From assembly GCF_009914755.1 (NCBI RefSeq), contig NC_060926.1: a stretch of DNA of 64,000 nucleotides; one strand, written 5' to 3'. The notes beneath the pieces were generated by a model, which saw only the letters and a program-made list of their open reading frames with translations, searched no databases and was not told the DNA's origin. This DNA comes from the human T2T-CHM13v2.0 reference genome, Homo sapiens. Positions 18,152-29,675 of this stretch are shown piece after piece (within the stretch, counting starts at the first letter, position 1; the number at the start of each line of letters is the position of its first letter). Made by a program: the position numbers and the translations under genes.

Positions 18152-18759
18152 ATGCATTAGTTTCTTATGTTGCACTAATAAATTACCACAAATTTAGTGG
18201 CTTAATACAGCACATATCTATTGTCACAGCTCTGCAGGTCAGAAGTCTAAGACAGTTCTCACTGGGCTATAATCAAGGTGTCAGCAAGGCTGTATTCCTG
18301 TCTGGGGGCTCTGAGGGAGAATCTGTTTCCTTGTTCATTTTGGTTGCTGTCAGAATTCAGTTCCTTTTGGCTGTAATTTTGAGGTCTTCATTTACTTGCT
18401 GTCGAGTGACTGCCAGCCCCAGCTTCTGTAGGCTGTCTGTATTCCTTGGTTCATGGCTTCCTTCTTCATCTTTAAAGCCAGTGATGGCAGGTCAAGTTCT
18501 TCTTATGCTCTGAGTTTCTCCTGCCTCTTCTTCCATTGCTGCATACGTCTGAACCACTCTTCTGGCTTCATTAAAATTGTAAGGGCCTATGTGATTATAT
18601 CACATAGGACCCACATAGGTAATCCAGGATAATTTATCTCCTTATTTTAAGGTCAAATAATTAATATCTTAATTTCATCTGCAACATTAATTCCTCTTTG
18701 TCATGTAACATAATATACAAGGGATTATGATGTACATATCTTTGATTCTCGGTACCACA
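18152..18759 (-). mobile_element. MLT1 (D/E-like) MaLR LTR
   Basis: TAATAAATTACCACAAATTTAGTGGCTTAA, AATCAAGGTGTCAGCAAGGCTG, ends ACCACA; near-TSD ATGTA/TTGTA. Confidence 0.8.
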
Positions 18760-19438
18760 TTGTATTTTAAATCTATTGAGAATAATTTTTAAAAAATAAT
18801 GTTTGCTCACCTATCTCTGAGCATTTTCCTGAGAATCCAATGCTATAATGTGTATGAAAACACTTGGTAAATGCAAAGCACTTTATTAACATATGAAGTT
18901 ATTGTTATAATTTTACTTTGCTCAACTTTAATTTTAAAGCTCTGTTGTTTTATTCATACATTTAAGAACATTATGTTTTGGCCAGATTGATCATTGAAAT
19001 GTCCCCTTTATTCACCAAGTAATTTTTTTCACTGTGAAGTCTACTTTATCTGGTATTAATATAGCCAATCTTGCTGTTTTTAAAAATAATATTAGCATGA
19101 TATTTTTCTATCTTTTTTATCTTTGACCTACATGTGTCGTTTTGCTTGAAGAAAGTTTCTTATGAAAAATATTACTTATATATATATTTAATCTGCCAAT
19201 CTTTGTTCTCTGATGTATTGAGACCATTTTATTTAAAGTAATTATTGATATATTAGGGCTTAAGTCTACCATTGTATTATTTGGTTTTTTATTTGTTTCT
19301 TCGGTAATTTCTGTTTTTCTCTTTTCTTGCCTTTCTCTGGGTTAAGCATTTTTAGGTTATCCCATCTTGTTTTATTTATATTATGTTAAATATATTACTT
19401 TGTAGCTTTCTTGATGGTTACTGTAGGTATCATACATA

Positions 19439-20769
19439 TGAGAGCACTTCAAAAAGTTCATGGAAAAATGACAGTAAAAATAAGTAAAAAATATAAACAT
19501 TATTACATCCAGTTCAAGACACCTCTGTAAGCAATGATACCAGCCATTTAGTCCATTCCTAAAGAACTGAAGATGAGTCTGGGAACTTAACCTTGTCAAT
19601 GCAGTTTTTTTTTTTTTTTACATTATTAACTGAGAAAATATGGGTACCCTTTACAATTTTTAAAAAATATTCGTAGACAAAAAAAGAAGAAACCAAATTA
19701 GGACTGTAAGGTGGATGCTTCATGATTTCACACTGAAACTCTTGCAAAATTGCCCTTTTTTGATGAGAGAAATGAGCAGGGCCTTTGAACTGGTTGGGAG
19801 GGACTCTCTGGTGAAGCTTTCCTGGGCATTTTTCTGCTAAAGCTTTGGCTAACTTTCTCAAAACACTCTTATAGTAAGCAGATGTTATTGTTCTTTGGCT
19901 CTCCAGAAAGTCAACAAGCAAAATGCCTTGAGCATGCAAAAAAACTGTTGCCATGACTTTTGCTCTTGACCAGTCCACTTTTCCTTGGACTAGACCATTT
20001 TCACCTTTTAGTACCATTGCTTAGATTGTGTTTTGACTTCAGAATTGTGCCAGTAAAGCCATGTTTCATCTCTTGCTACATTTCTTCAAAGAAATTTCTC
20101 AGGATCTTGATCTCATTTATTTAAAAATTCTATTGAAAGTTCTGCCTTTGTTTGCAGCTGGTCCGGGTGCAATGGTTTTAGTACCTATTGAGTAGGAAGT
20201 TTGCTTAACTTTAATTTTTCAGTCAGAATTGTGTAAGCTAAACCAGTTGTGATGTCTATGGTGTTTCCTATTGTTTCTGCTGTTAGTCATCAGTCATCTT
20301 CAATTAGGGCACAAACAAGATGAATTTTTTCTCTCAAATTGATATGGATGGTGTGTTGCCGTGGGCTTCATCTTCAACATCATCTCTTCTCTTCTTAAAA
20401 TGAATATCAGTTTATAAACTGCTTATTTTGGGGGGACATTGTTCTCATAATCTTTCAATGATTTCCCAATTCTTCCAAGGTTCACAGTAAATTAGATGTT
20501 CGGTCTTGCACCAATTTTAGTAGAATTTATTTTGCCCTGATAGAGGCTCCTTTCAAGCTGACTTATCTTTCTTAATGCCTCCAACTAGATCCAGTTGGGG
20601 TGAAATGATTAATAAGATGATGACTTATCTTTCTTAATGCCTCCAACTAGATCCAGTTCAGACATGGTATAGCAAGTTAGTATGAGTTTATTTTTGTGCA
20701 AAAATATTTTAATATCCATGCACAGGTTTTTTATAATATATGTTTTACATGAAGTTTTTGAAGATCTTT
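19439..20769 (-). mobile_element. Hsmar2 mariner transposon, near full length (~1.3 kb), decayed transposase
   Basis: Inverted repeats ACTTCAAAAAGTTCATGGAAAA / TTTTACATGAAGTTTTTGAAGA flanked by TA; ORF 19559-20017 has KVMATVF, GILLVDFL and HPPYSPNL (mariner YSPDL motif). Confidence 0.9.
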
Positions 20770-22567
20770 TATATATCATTCATTACAGACTCCTAATATT
20801 GTCATTGTAACTCTTTGAATGAAATATTGAAAAATTACTTCCATTTTATCTCCCTTTATCTTCCCTACTTTTTAAATGTAATTTTATCAGTATTTTCTCT
20901 ACATTTATTGACCAACACAACTAATATTATAACTTTTGCTTCAACCATCAAATACAATTTTAAAAACTCATGTGGAGAAGAATAGTCATTATATTTTCCC
21001 TTATTTTTTATTCTGTTTTTAAAAATATCCTTTCTGAAGTTCCACACCTTCTTTTGATAATTTCTTTTATGCTTTGAGAGCTTCATTTAGCCATTCTTTA
21101 AGGGTAGTTTTTCTAGAAACAAATTTCTTTGATTTTATTTGAGAATGTCTTTATTTCCCATTCATTTCTAAAGAGTTCTTTAGCTAGATATAGAAATATT
21201 TGACAGTATTTTTTCAACACTTGAGAAATGCTGTGCTGCTTCCTGCTGAACTCCATGGTTTCAAATGAGAAATATGTTTTCATTAGAATCGGTATGCTGT
21301 TATAGATAATGCATTATTGCTCTGCTTGCTCTTAAGTTTGTCTTTAGTTTTAAGCTATTTATGTATGATATTTATAGCCATAATTTCTCTAATTATTTAT
21401 GGTTGCTCAGTTTTTTGAATATGTAGTTTTATATCTTTCGCCAAATTCAGAAAGCTTTCAGTTATCATTGTTTTCAGTATATGTTTAGGTTCACATTCTT
21501 TCTCCTCTTGGTTTGGTACTCCAATTATACAACAGTTAGATCTTTTGTTACAGTCACACAGGTCCCTGATGTTCTATTCATTTTTTCCATCTATTTTCTC
21601 TCCATTGTGCAGACTGAGTAAATTCTATTGTTCTGTTTTCAAGTTAGCTGATTCTGTCCTCTGTTATCTGCTCTGTACTATTGAGGACATCCATCAGGTT
21701 TTTATTTCAGTTATTGGATTTTTTTAGTTCAATAATTTTAGTTTGCTCCTGTTTTATAACATCTGTTTCTTTGCTAAGGTTTTCTTTTTTGATCCAATGG
21801 TATTCAAAATTATTTGTTAAAACAATTTTATTGTGGCTGCTGCTTTATAATCTTGTCAGAAATTTCCCATAACTTGGTATTTGTATCAGTCCATTGTTTT
21901 TTTTTTTTCTCATTCAAGTTGTAATTTTCCTGTTTCTTGGTATCAGAAATGACATTTGATTCTATCTTGAACATTTTGGATATTATGCTAAGAGGTTCTT
22001 CATCCCATTTTTTATCTTCTATTTTAGCAGATAGTCATTCCTTTTAGGTTTAACATGTAAATTTTGACATTCTTTTGTGGGCTGTGGTTCCAATGATAAT
22101 TTGGTTTTCTGAGCCTTTGAAATGCTATTATTGTCTGCTTCATTTTTTTGGCTCTGCTCAAGTTTTCTCTGGATCCATGAGAGAGCTCCCTGAGGGGCTG
22201 AGGGTGCTCATTTCAGCTACCCAGCAAAGTTAGATAATGGGGAGGAGGTACTAGACCTGTAGGACAGAATAAATTCTGTTTTGTTTTCTGGCCATCTGAT
22301 ATTGGTGAATTTCTTACATTATTTCTGCTGGTGCCACTGGAGAAAAAAGGACTTACCAGGCTGCCTTCTGGCATTGGGTAGAGGATCAATAGCTACAGTG
22401 TCTGGAGGACTCTCTATCAGTTTGGTGGAGGGAAAGATTATATTGGTTCTGTGCCACTTTATGCCATTGCATAGAGAGCCAGGAGCTACTGAGTCTGGGT
22501 GGCTCTCTGCAGCTGGTTTTGGAGCACCAGGGAGACATATCTCTTGCTCTGGAGTGGGGCATGAGTT

Positions 22568-23135
22568 GACATGTTAGTCTGTTCTCACGCTGCTAATAAA
22601 GCTAATAAAAGGCTCTGTTGTGTCAGGCCCTCTAGGTTCTGTTGCTGCTGGAAATACTGGCCTGCTGTCACTGACAGGTGTGGGCAAGGGATAGGTTGGC
22701 TACCCAAGATCTTGTGGCATGGCTGCTGCAGGTAGATTGGGCATTATTGCCACAAGGTATGGGTACCAGGGAGGCCTATAACCCGCAAATTTAGCCTCAG
22801 CTAATAAATTACCTGACACTGGGTAATTTATAAAGGAAAGAGGATTAATTGACTCACAGTTCCACATTGCTTGGGAGGCCTCACAATCATGCAGAAGGCG
22901 AAGGAGGAGCAAAGTCATGTCTTACATGGCAGCAGGCAAAGCCAGCTTATGTAGGGGAACTCTCCTTTATACAGCCATCAGATTTCATGAAACTTATTCA
23001 CTATCATGAGAACAGCATGGAGAAGACCCACCTTCATGATTCATTTACCTTCTACTGGGTCCCTACCATGACACGGAATTATGGGAGCTACAATTCAAGA
23101 TGAGATTTGGGTGGGGACACAGCCAAACCATATTA
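22568..23135 (-). mobile_element. THE1 (C/D-like) solo LTR interrupted by a ~200-bp insert
   Basis: TTAGTCTGTTCTCACGCTGCTAATAAA...ACTGGGTAATTTATAAAGGAAAGAGG...GAGATTTGGGTGGGGACACAGCCAAACCATAT. Confidence 0.9.
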
Positions 23136-23592
23136 GTAGGCCTGCACAAGATGTTCAGTTGACATTGCTGTTACCTGTTATCATGTCCACTAATGCTGGC
23201 AGGTATGGGTTGTCTCAGCTCCTCCAGGCTCTGTTGTGTCAGCCCCTCCAGGCTCTGTTGCTGCTGGGAATACTGGCCTGCTGTCACTGACAGGTGTGGG
23301 CAAGGGATAGGTTGGCTACCCAAGATCTTGTGGCGTGGCTGCTGCAGGTAGATTAGGCATCATTGCCACAATCCCAAGTCCCCACTGGGCTTTCCTTCCC
23401 TGATCTTTTGGTCAGAGAGAGAAGAGTCCTTTTCTTTGCGTTTTTCTTTTTCTCGTTTTTTTTTTGCTTTGATTAATTGTTTTGTTTTGGTTAGCGGTTG
23501 TGGGTTACAGGCCTCCCTGGTACCCATTCTGGGATAACAGAATAAACAGGAGGAAAGTTACCATGTTGGTATTTATTAATCCCTGAGACCCT

Positions 23593-24034
23593 TGAGGAAA
23601 GGAAAGAACTTTTATCTGAAGAGCCTTTTAAAGTGATCAGACCCAGAGAAACATTAAAACTAGATAGGAAACACTTCCTACTTCCCCCTTTGAGCTCTTC
23701 AGACTGCTTGTTATTGCCACAAGTAGCTTTACTCTAACAATGCCACACCACACACAGCTTAACAATGTATAGCCAATCACTAATAAATGTTATTTCTGTA
23801 AACCAATGAGAATTCCTGACAAAAAAACTTTGTATCAGTCCACTCCTGTCCTCCCCCACTTTTTTTTTTTTTTTTTTTTTTTTGCCTTTAAAAACCTGCT
23901 TCTAAAAAAGGCTTATTGGAGCTCATATCTGCGGTTACTTGGGTCTGAGTCTTCCAGGCAGCTGTCTTCATATGGGCTCACGTAAACTCTTTAAATTATA
24001 ATTTGTTCTTCAGCCTCTTCCTTTCATGGTGACT
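23593..24034 (+). mobile_element. Solo ERV1 LTR (LTR54/MER57-like)
   Basis: TGAGG...ACTTTTATCTGA start; TAGCCAATCACTAAT and AAACCAATGAGAATTCCTGAC; 4-bp TSD CCCT. Confidence 0.7.
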
Positions 24035-24697
24035 CCCTTATCCCACCAATCATCATCTTACTACCTTTCAGAGTACTTTTATAATTGCCTGCTAAGTTAT
24101 TTCCAAAGTATGTCATTGCATATAAAGGGGATGAGCAGGAAAAAGATAGTCCATGACATATTATTCCTGAACTCTAAATGCTAATCTGCTTTTTTAAAAA
24201 AATAATTTACCTCAACCACTGAAGTTTCTTCTAAAGAAATAATATATTGAAAGTATTTTGCTATAAACAATAAAACATGCTAACTATAAAAATTAGCCAA
24301 TAAAGAAAATATAGAAAGTAGGAAAACAATCATCTATAATCATTATCCAAAGGCAAATATAATGGACATTTGGTGAATTACTTTCCAGTCTTGTTTTTCT
24401 GATGAGTTATGTCTTTCCTTTACTTGGTAACCACGACCATGCCAATTTTATGTTTCAATTACTTTAATACAAATATTTTTCCTGTTATTGTAAATTCTTC
24501 AGAATTCTTACTTTTGATGGTGGTTCATTTTGGGATACCATCATTTTCTTATTGTTAGACATGTATGTTGTTTTCTGCATTCCAGTTATTTTTTTCTGTT
24601 GTAATATTCATGTAATGCATACCTTAATATATACAATTATTTTTATGGTTTGCTTTATTTAAATACAACAGTGTCCTGGAGGAGGATAACTATAAGC

Positions 24698-25420
24698 AAC
24701 TAAAGAAAACAAAAAATATTTCACCCCAAAATATCCTTCTTTGACATATTTCAAGATGGCTATTAGGAGGGAATGGTAACACAATAATAGCTTAAAAGCT
24801 GCCCTTTGTGGGGGAGATTTGCGTCTGTAGAGAAAATCTGCATTGGTAAAATGAACACCCTGGCTTGCTCTGCTTCCCACTCCAGCCTCCCCCTCCACCT
24901 TCAGTCTGGATCTAGGACTGATTGGCTCACTTTCAGGGTCTGACAGATACTTTGTCTTTCTGAGCACCGCTACCTGTGAGGTTTTAACTGCATGACAAGA
25001 CTTAGTTTGACCTGCTGTCCTCTCTTCACTTCCCAGAGCCCAAAGTGGGTTCCAGAACTCTTTTTCTTTCATTCATTTCTCCTGAAAATCATTTTACTTC
25101 TATACTCATCCCCCAATAAATTTGTATGTCTTTCTCCCTGTTATCTGTCCACGGTCTTGTCTATTAGGGTTTATTTTATTATTTTTATTTTTATTTTTAG
25201 AGAGAGATATGAGGTCTTGCTCTCTCATCCAGGCTGTAGTCCAGGCTGGAGTGCCATTATAGCTCACTGCAGCCTTGAACTCCTGGTCTCAAAGAATCCT
25301 TCCGCTTCAGACTCCTGAGTAGCTGGGACCACAGGTGTGCATGTTCACACCTGGCTCAGCTTGTTTTAGAGGCTCCAATCATCTAAACTTCCAGGGAAAA
25401 ATTTGAACTTCCCTGCAAGA
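24698..25420 (+). mobile_element. MER34/MER39-like ERV1 LTR
   Basis: AAAATATTTCACCCCAAAATAT...TTTGACATATTTCAAGATGGCT and GGGGGAGATTTGCGTCTGTAGAG. Confidence 0.7.
25170..25356 (-). mobile_element. Alu monomer (FRAM or AluJ right arm) inside the LTR
   Basis: GCTCACTGCAGCCTTGAACTCCTGG...GTAGCTGGGACCACAGG. Confidence 0.8.
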
Positions 25421-25429
25421 CAAAGTTGC

Positions 25430-25610
25430 AAAGAAGCAATAGGCTTTGGTATCAGAAACATAACAACTCGGTCTCTGCCTTTCCTGCTTTCTAGCTGGCC
25501 ACCTAATCTTCCTGAGCCTCCCTAATCTCCTCCGCTTGACATGGGAACTAACCAAGGTCATATATGTAGAATTCTTAGCCTGCACCAGGTACTTATACAT
25601 ATTACACAAC
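25430..25610 (+). mobile_element. MIR fragment
   Basis: GGCTTTGGTATCAGA...CTGAGCCTC core similarity. Confidence 0.5.
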
Positions 25611-26084
25611 AGTTCTATTTCCCTCTCGCCTCCCTTACTCCTCCATCTCACTCTCTTCCTGAAGATAATTAGGATGAGTTACCTAGTAAGGCAATTTAAG
25701 GGGCATTTCTAAAATATCAGATTTAAAAACAGTCATCAATACTACTCTTTTAAACAATCTGCATCTCACCTCTGTAAAATTATCTTTCTAGTAAAATTAA
25801 GCTTCAATAAATTGGAATGGAATTAAAAGATGATAAGGTTTATTGTTTGAGAATGTGAGTGAAATGGGGTGGGGAGGAGATTAAAATTATCTGTGAGATA
25901 GAAGGTTAAATTTTTTTAAATGTTAAGAAAAACATGAGTAAACATTTAATGTCAGCACACAGCATGGCAATGAAGTGCCACACAATTTCCAACAGTGTCT
26001 TTATCCCACAGAAACCATATTTGTATTTCTCGTGAATGGTGGTTTCCCTGTGAAGAGACCCAGAGGATTTGCTCTGCTCTTTTT

Positions 26085-26113
26085 TGATGATGATGATGAT
26101 GATGGTGATGATG
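26085..26113. repeat. (GAT)n microsatellite
   Basis: Read directly. Confidence 0.85.
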
Positions 26114-27509
26114 GATAAGACCTAGGAGGGAGGGGAAGAGGAGACAAGAACAGAAAGGGGAAAATGGGAGGGATATTAATTAATTTGTATCCATTATTGA
26201 GTGCCTATTGGTTAGATTATTATTTTTTTCTGATGATGAATCTAGGGTCATTTCTTCCTTCCCCTTCTATTATCTGTTATTCACTTTTGTCCTATTTGTG
26301 CGTCTTTACTGCATGTACTAGCAATATGAGAGATGGCCCATTTCTATGCATTTGACCACATTGCCTACTCTTCTTTTTAAATTACTAACATTTATAAGGG
26401 TAATAAGCTATATCATTAATTTGTTTTTCATTGCTGGTGAGGTCTGCGTATGTCTTTTATAAATTATGTTTAAGATTGGAATAAATCAGAATGAGGATCA
26501 AATTATTATGAATAGAGAGTGCTTTCCTCATTTTTTATATTTTGTCTACTTCAATTAGTTTTTATTGGAGTTTTGTATAAGTTTATGGGGTGATGAATTT
26601 TTATCTGTGTTTATTTTTTCTGCTAAACAAGAACTCTGAGAAGCTGGGTCACGCGCCTTTGGTTTTGGGACGCGGATAGTTTTGAGAAGTTATGAGGTTC
26701 AACATTTCTGAGACTAACTGTATCCATGCACAAAGCCCTGCCTTGGCTTCACCTTTGAACCTAGGTTCCTCGAAGACCCAATTTACTCTTCATTTTAGTT
26801 CATTATCCCCAATGGGAGAGTGAGGTACCGTTCAGCCAAGTAGGCTCAGCCCGAAAGAGTCTACTTTCCCTAAACAAAATCTAATCACGAGTTTCCTGGA
26901 AGAGAGAGCTAGTTTGACTGTTTGGTCGGGAAAATGCCATGGTAAGATGAACTCATCTAACTGTACTTGGTTCTCATGGCCTAATCTTTTTATATGTGAA
27001 ACATCACAGAGAAAATTCTGTGTCCTGAACTCTAATGGGCTCCAATTATGCTCTTGGGGAGAGTGAGATTGGTTGGAAGGAATGCTTTTAGGAGTTTTGG
27101 CATAATGGGTAGACATTGAACATAGTGCACTATTTCTGTCATTTATATAAAAACTATTCTACATCTGAATATGCTCTTCATTAAATGTATCAGCTTAGGA
27201 ACTCTACCAAGATCATAGCCAAATAATATGTCACTCCGTATATAACCATGACAATCTTGAGATTAAGCAACCCTGGATGCTACTTTTGATGATGTTTTTC
27301 TAGCATCTTTAAACTTACAAATGTAAACATTTGGCAGATATTTTTATATTTCACTTTGTATTGTAAAAGGGTCTTAACCCTGAAAAAGTAGCCAGATTTT
27401 CACTTGATAGTTCTCGAATCTCAGTTTTCCTATGCCTCAAACAAGGGCCTTTAAGCAGCAATGTGCCACATTTTTTATTAGTCACTACAGTTAAAAAAAA
27501 ATTAGAAAG

Positions 27510-28330
27510 ACATTCATTTGTTTACTCATTCATTTGGATGTCATTTGTTGAGCATCCATTATGTGCTCAGCATCATGCTAGGTTCTGTGAGGTGATGTGG
27601 AAATGAATATAGTAAATTTATTCATTCATTCAGTCAATGAACATTATTTAAAATCTGTGATTTGATGAGTTAATAAAATGTGTTTCCCATCTTCAGTAAA
27701 TTCACAGTGTAGCTACAGAAACTCCAGTTAATAAAATTGTTGAGATCCTTTGGTTTAACATGAAATAAATGGAAACTGTCTTAGATGCTAGGAAACTACT
27801 TTGCAAATAATGAAACTTTGCACTTGAGATTATTTGTTTAGCATCAAACGAAACAGCCTTTTCTGTCTCCTGACCATACAAGGTACTGCGGACACATATT
27901 AATTCAGTTTATTTGACTAGAAATTTACCATATGACTCCACAGTTCTAGGTCCTATGCCAAACATTGGGAATAACAAGATCAAAGAAGCACAGTTCCTGC
28001 CCTTGAAGAACTTAGTAGCAATGGTGATGAGGATGCTCAGGAATTGTGCAATGGTACAAGTGATGCATGAGCACTGAAGAGGGAGCAGAGAATGTCCCTA
28101 ACAGTAATAGCGCATGAACTGAATTTCAAAACAGTAAAGAGAATGGGGCATCAGTGTTCTGGCCACAAATGAAAGAGATCAGAGGTCTGAGAGAGTTTGC
28201 TCTGTTGGAGGAACTACATGTCGTGTGTTATTACTGGAGCATGAATTCCATGGAAGAGCATTTGGAAAGGTCTTGGATATCAGGAGAAAGCATTTGGATA
28301 TCTTTCTGGAAGAGATGGTGAGTCAGAGAT
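27510..28330 (-). mobile_element. L2 fragments
   Basis: CATTCATT repeats with TTGTTGAGCATCCATTATGTGC (L2 3' end) and CCTGCCCTTGAAGAAC. Confidence 0.65.
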
Positions 28331-29623
28331 CTACTTTCCATCTAATCTGCCAGTATTTCCCAACTTCTTTTTTCTAATACCCTGTGAATTTTTTGCATTT
28401 TACTTAAAAGTAATATTGTTTGAGCTCCCCAGCAGCAGAGAGTAATGAACAACGATCAGAACAGTTAGGTTAGAAGAACATAAAACTAGTTCCCAAGTGT
28501 CAGGACACATTCTTTACTGGTGCTGTGTCCCATGTGGGGTATGAGAAGCACCTTCTCTTATATTTATCTCCTTTGGTCCTCTCAATAGATTTATAGAGTG
28601 AAGTGGAATTTCATTCATTTGCTAGAAAAGAAAACAGAGACCCTGGGAGATAAACTGGTATTTGCCAAGCCATGCAGAGAGCCAGCAGTGGTTTATTTCC
28701 AGAGCCCAGGCCTCATGGTCCCAGTGAAATGTTTCTGTCATGAGTCACGTATGGACTTTCTGTTCTGCTGTGATCCCAGTGATGCCCAGCTTACCCTCAG
28801 GGCATGCAATTTAGAGTGTGAAAAAGATGGATCCTGTACCTATTGGCTGTAATGCTGTCCATTTCATACTTCCAGCCAGCATCCAATCATTTATTAATCA
28901 CTTACTGTGCGCATTTGTATACCCAAAGGTGTGTAGAAGACCAGACCTGGGCATTGAATTCCAGCTTTTATACTACATGCCTCTTAATTTTGAACAAGTT
29001 TTTCAAACTCTTGGTTTTATTTGTTTATCTGTAAAAGTTGACACAATCATGACACCTAAAACATGAGGTAATATATTCTTAGAAGAGGGGCATGACGTAT
29101 GTTAATCTTTCAGAACCATTATACAATAGCTAAAATAAGTAATAAGATCCAGGCCCTGCTTTCTCCATGCTTTATCTCAGTGAGAACACCAAAATTCAAA
29201 AGAGATCTTGAAGAAGTTTCAGTAAGATGAGAGAGCAGGATATCCCAGGCACCCTAGACCCTTTCTTTGCACAATGAAGTCACACATTCTTGGCTATTTA
29301 CCTTCTTTCTGTGACTTCTGACAATACGGGCCAAAGTGTTCTGTTTAGGAAAAATGCCTACTACAAGGGAAGTAGACTGACGTAATCTTGGGAATCACCC
29401 TCGTCCTCTTTTCCCCCTGCCTCCTCCTGCACCACTAAATGCTCTTAAATTTCCTTTATCCTCCTTTCCTCTAGCTGTTTTTCTTGGCCTGCTTAGAAGT
29501 TATTTTTTCTAATTGGGTCTCTCATGGAATTGAGAGTTCCTCCATTGTTTATAGCTGCACCCATATACTTGTCGCAGATACACAAGGCGCTATGGATAAG
29601 AATGAGTTAGATCCTGACTGTGC

Positions 29624-29675
29624 ATGCACATGCACACACACACACACACACACCACACATATACAGACACAGACA
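29624..29675. repeat. (CA)n microsatellite
   Basis: Read directly. Confidence 0.85.

Larger units (their letters stand above)
17230..23480 (-). mobile_element. Fragmented old L1M (ORF2 to 5' region) hosting MLT1, Hsmar2 and THE1
   Basis: T-rich antisense L1 motifs such as GCTGCATCCCACAAATTTTG, GGTGTTGAAGTCCCAACTATAA and TGAGAATGTCTTTATTTC. Confidence 0.7.

Noticed and set aside
26640-26930. CpG island or promoter
   Set aside because: Only a few CpGs in moderately AT-rich sequence; too weak to call.
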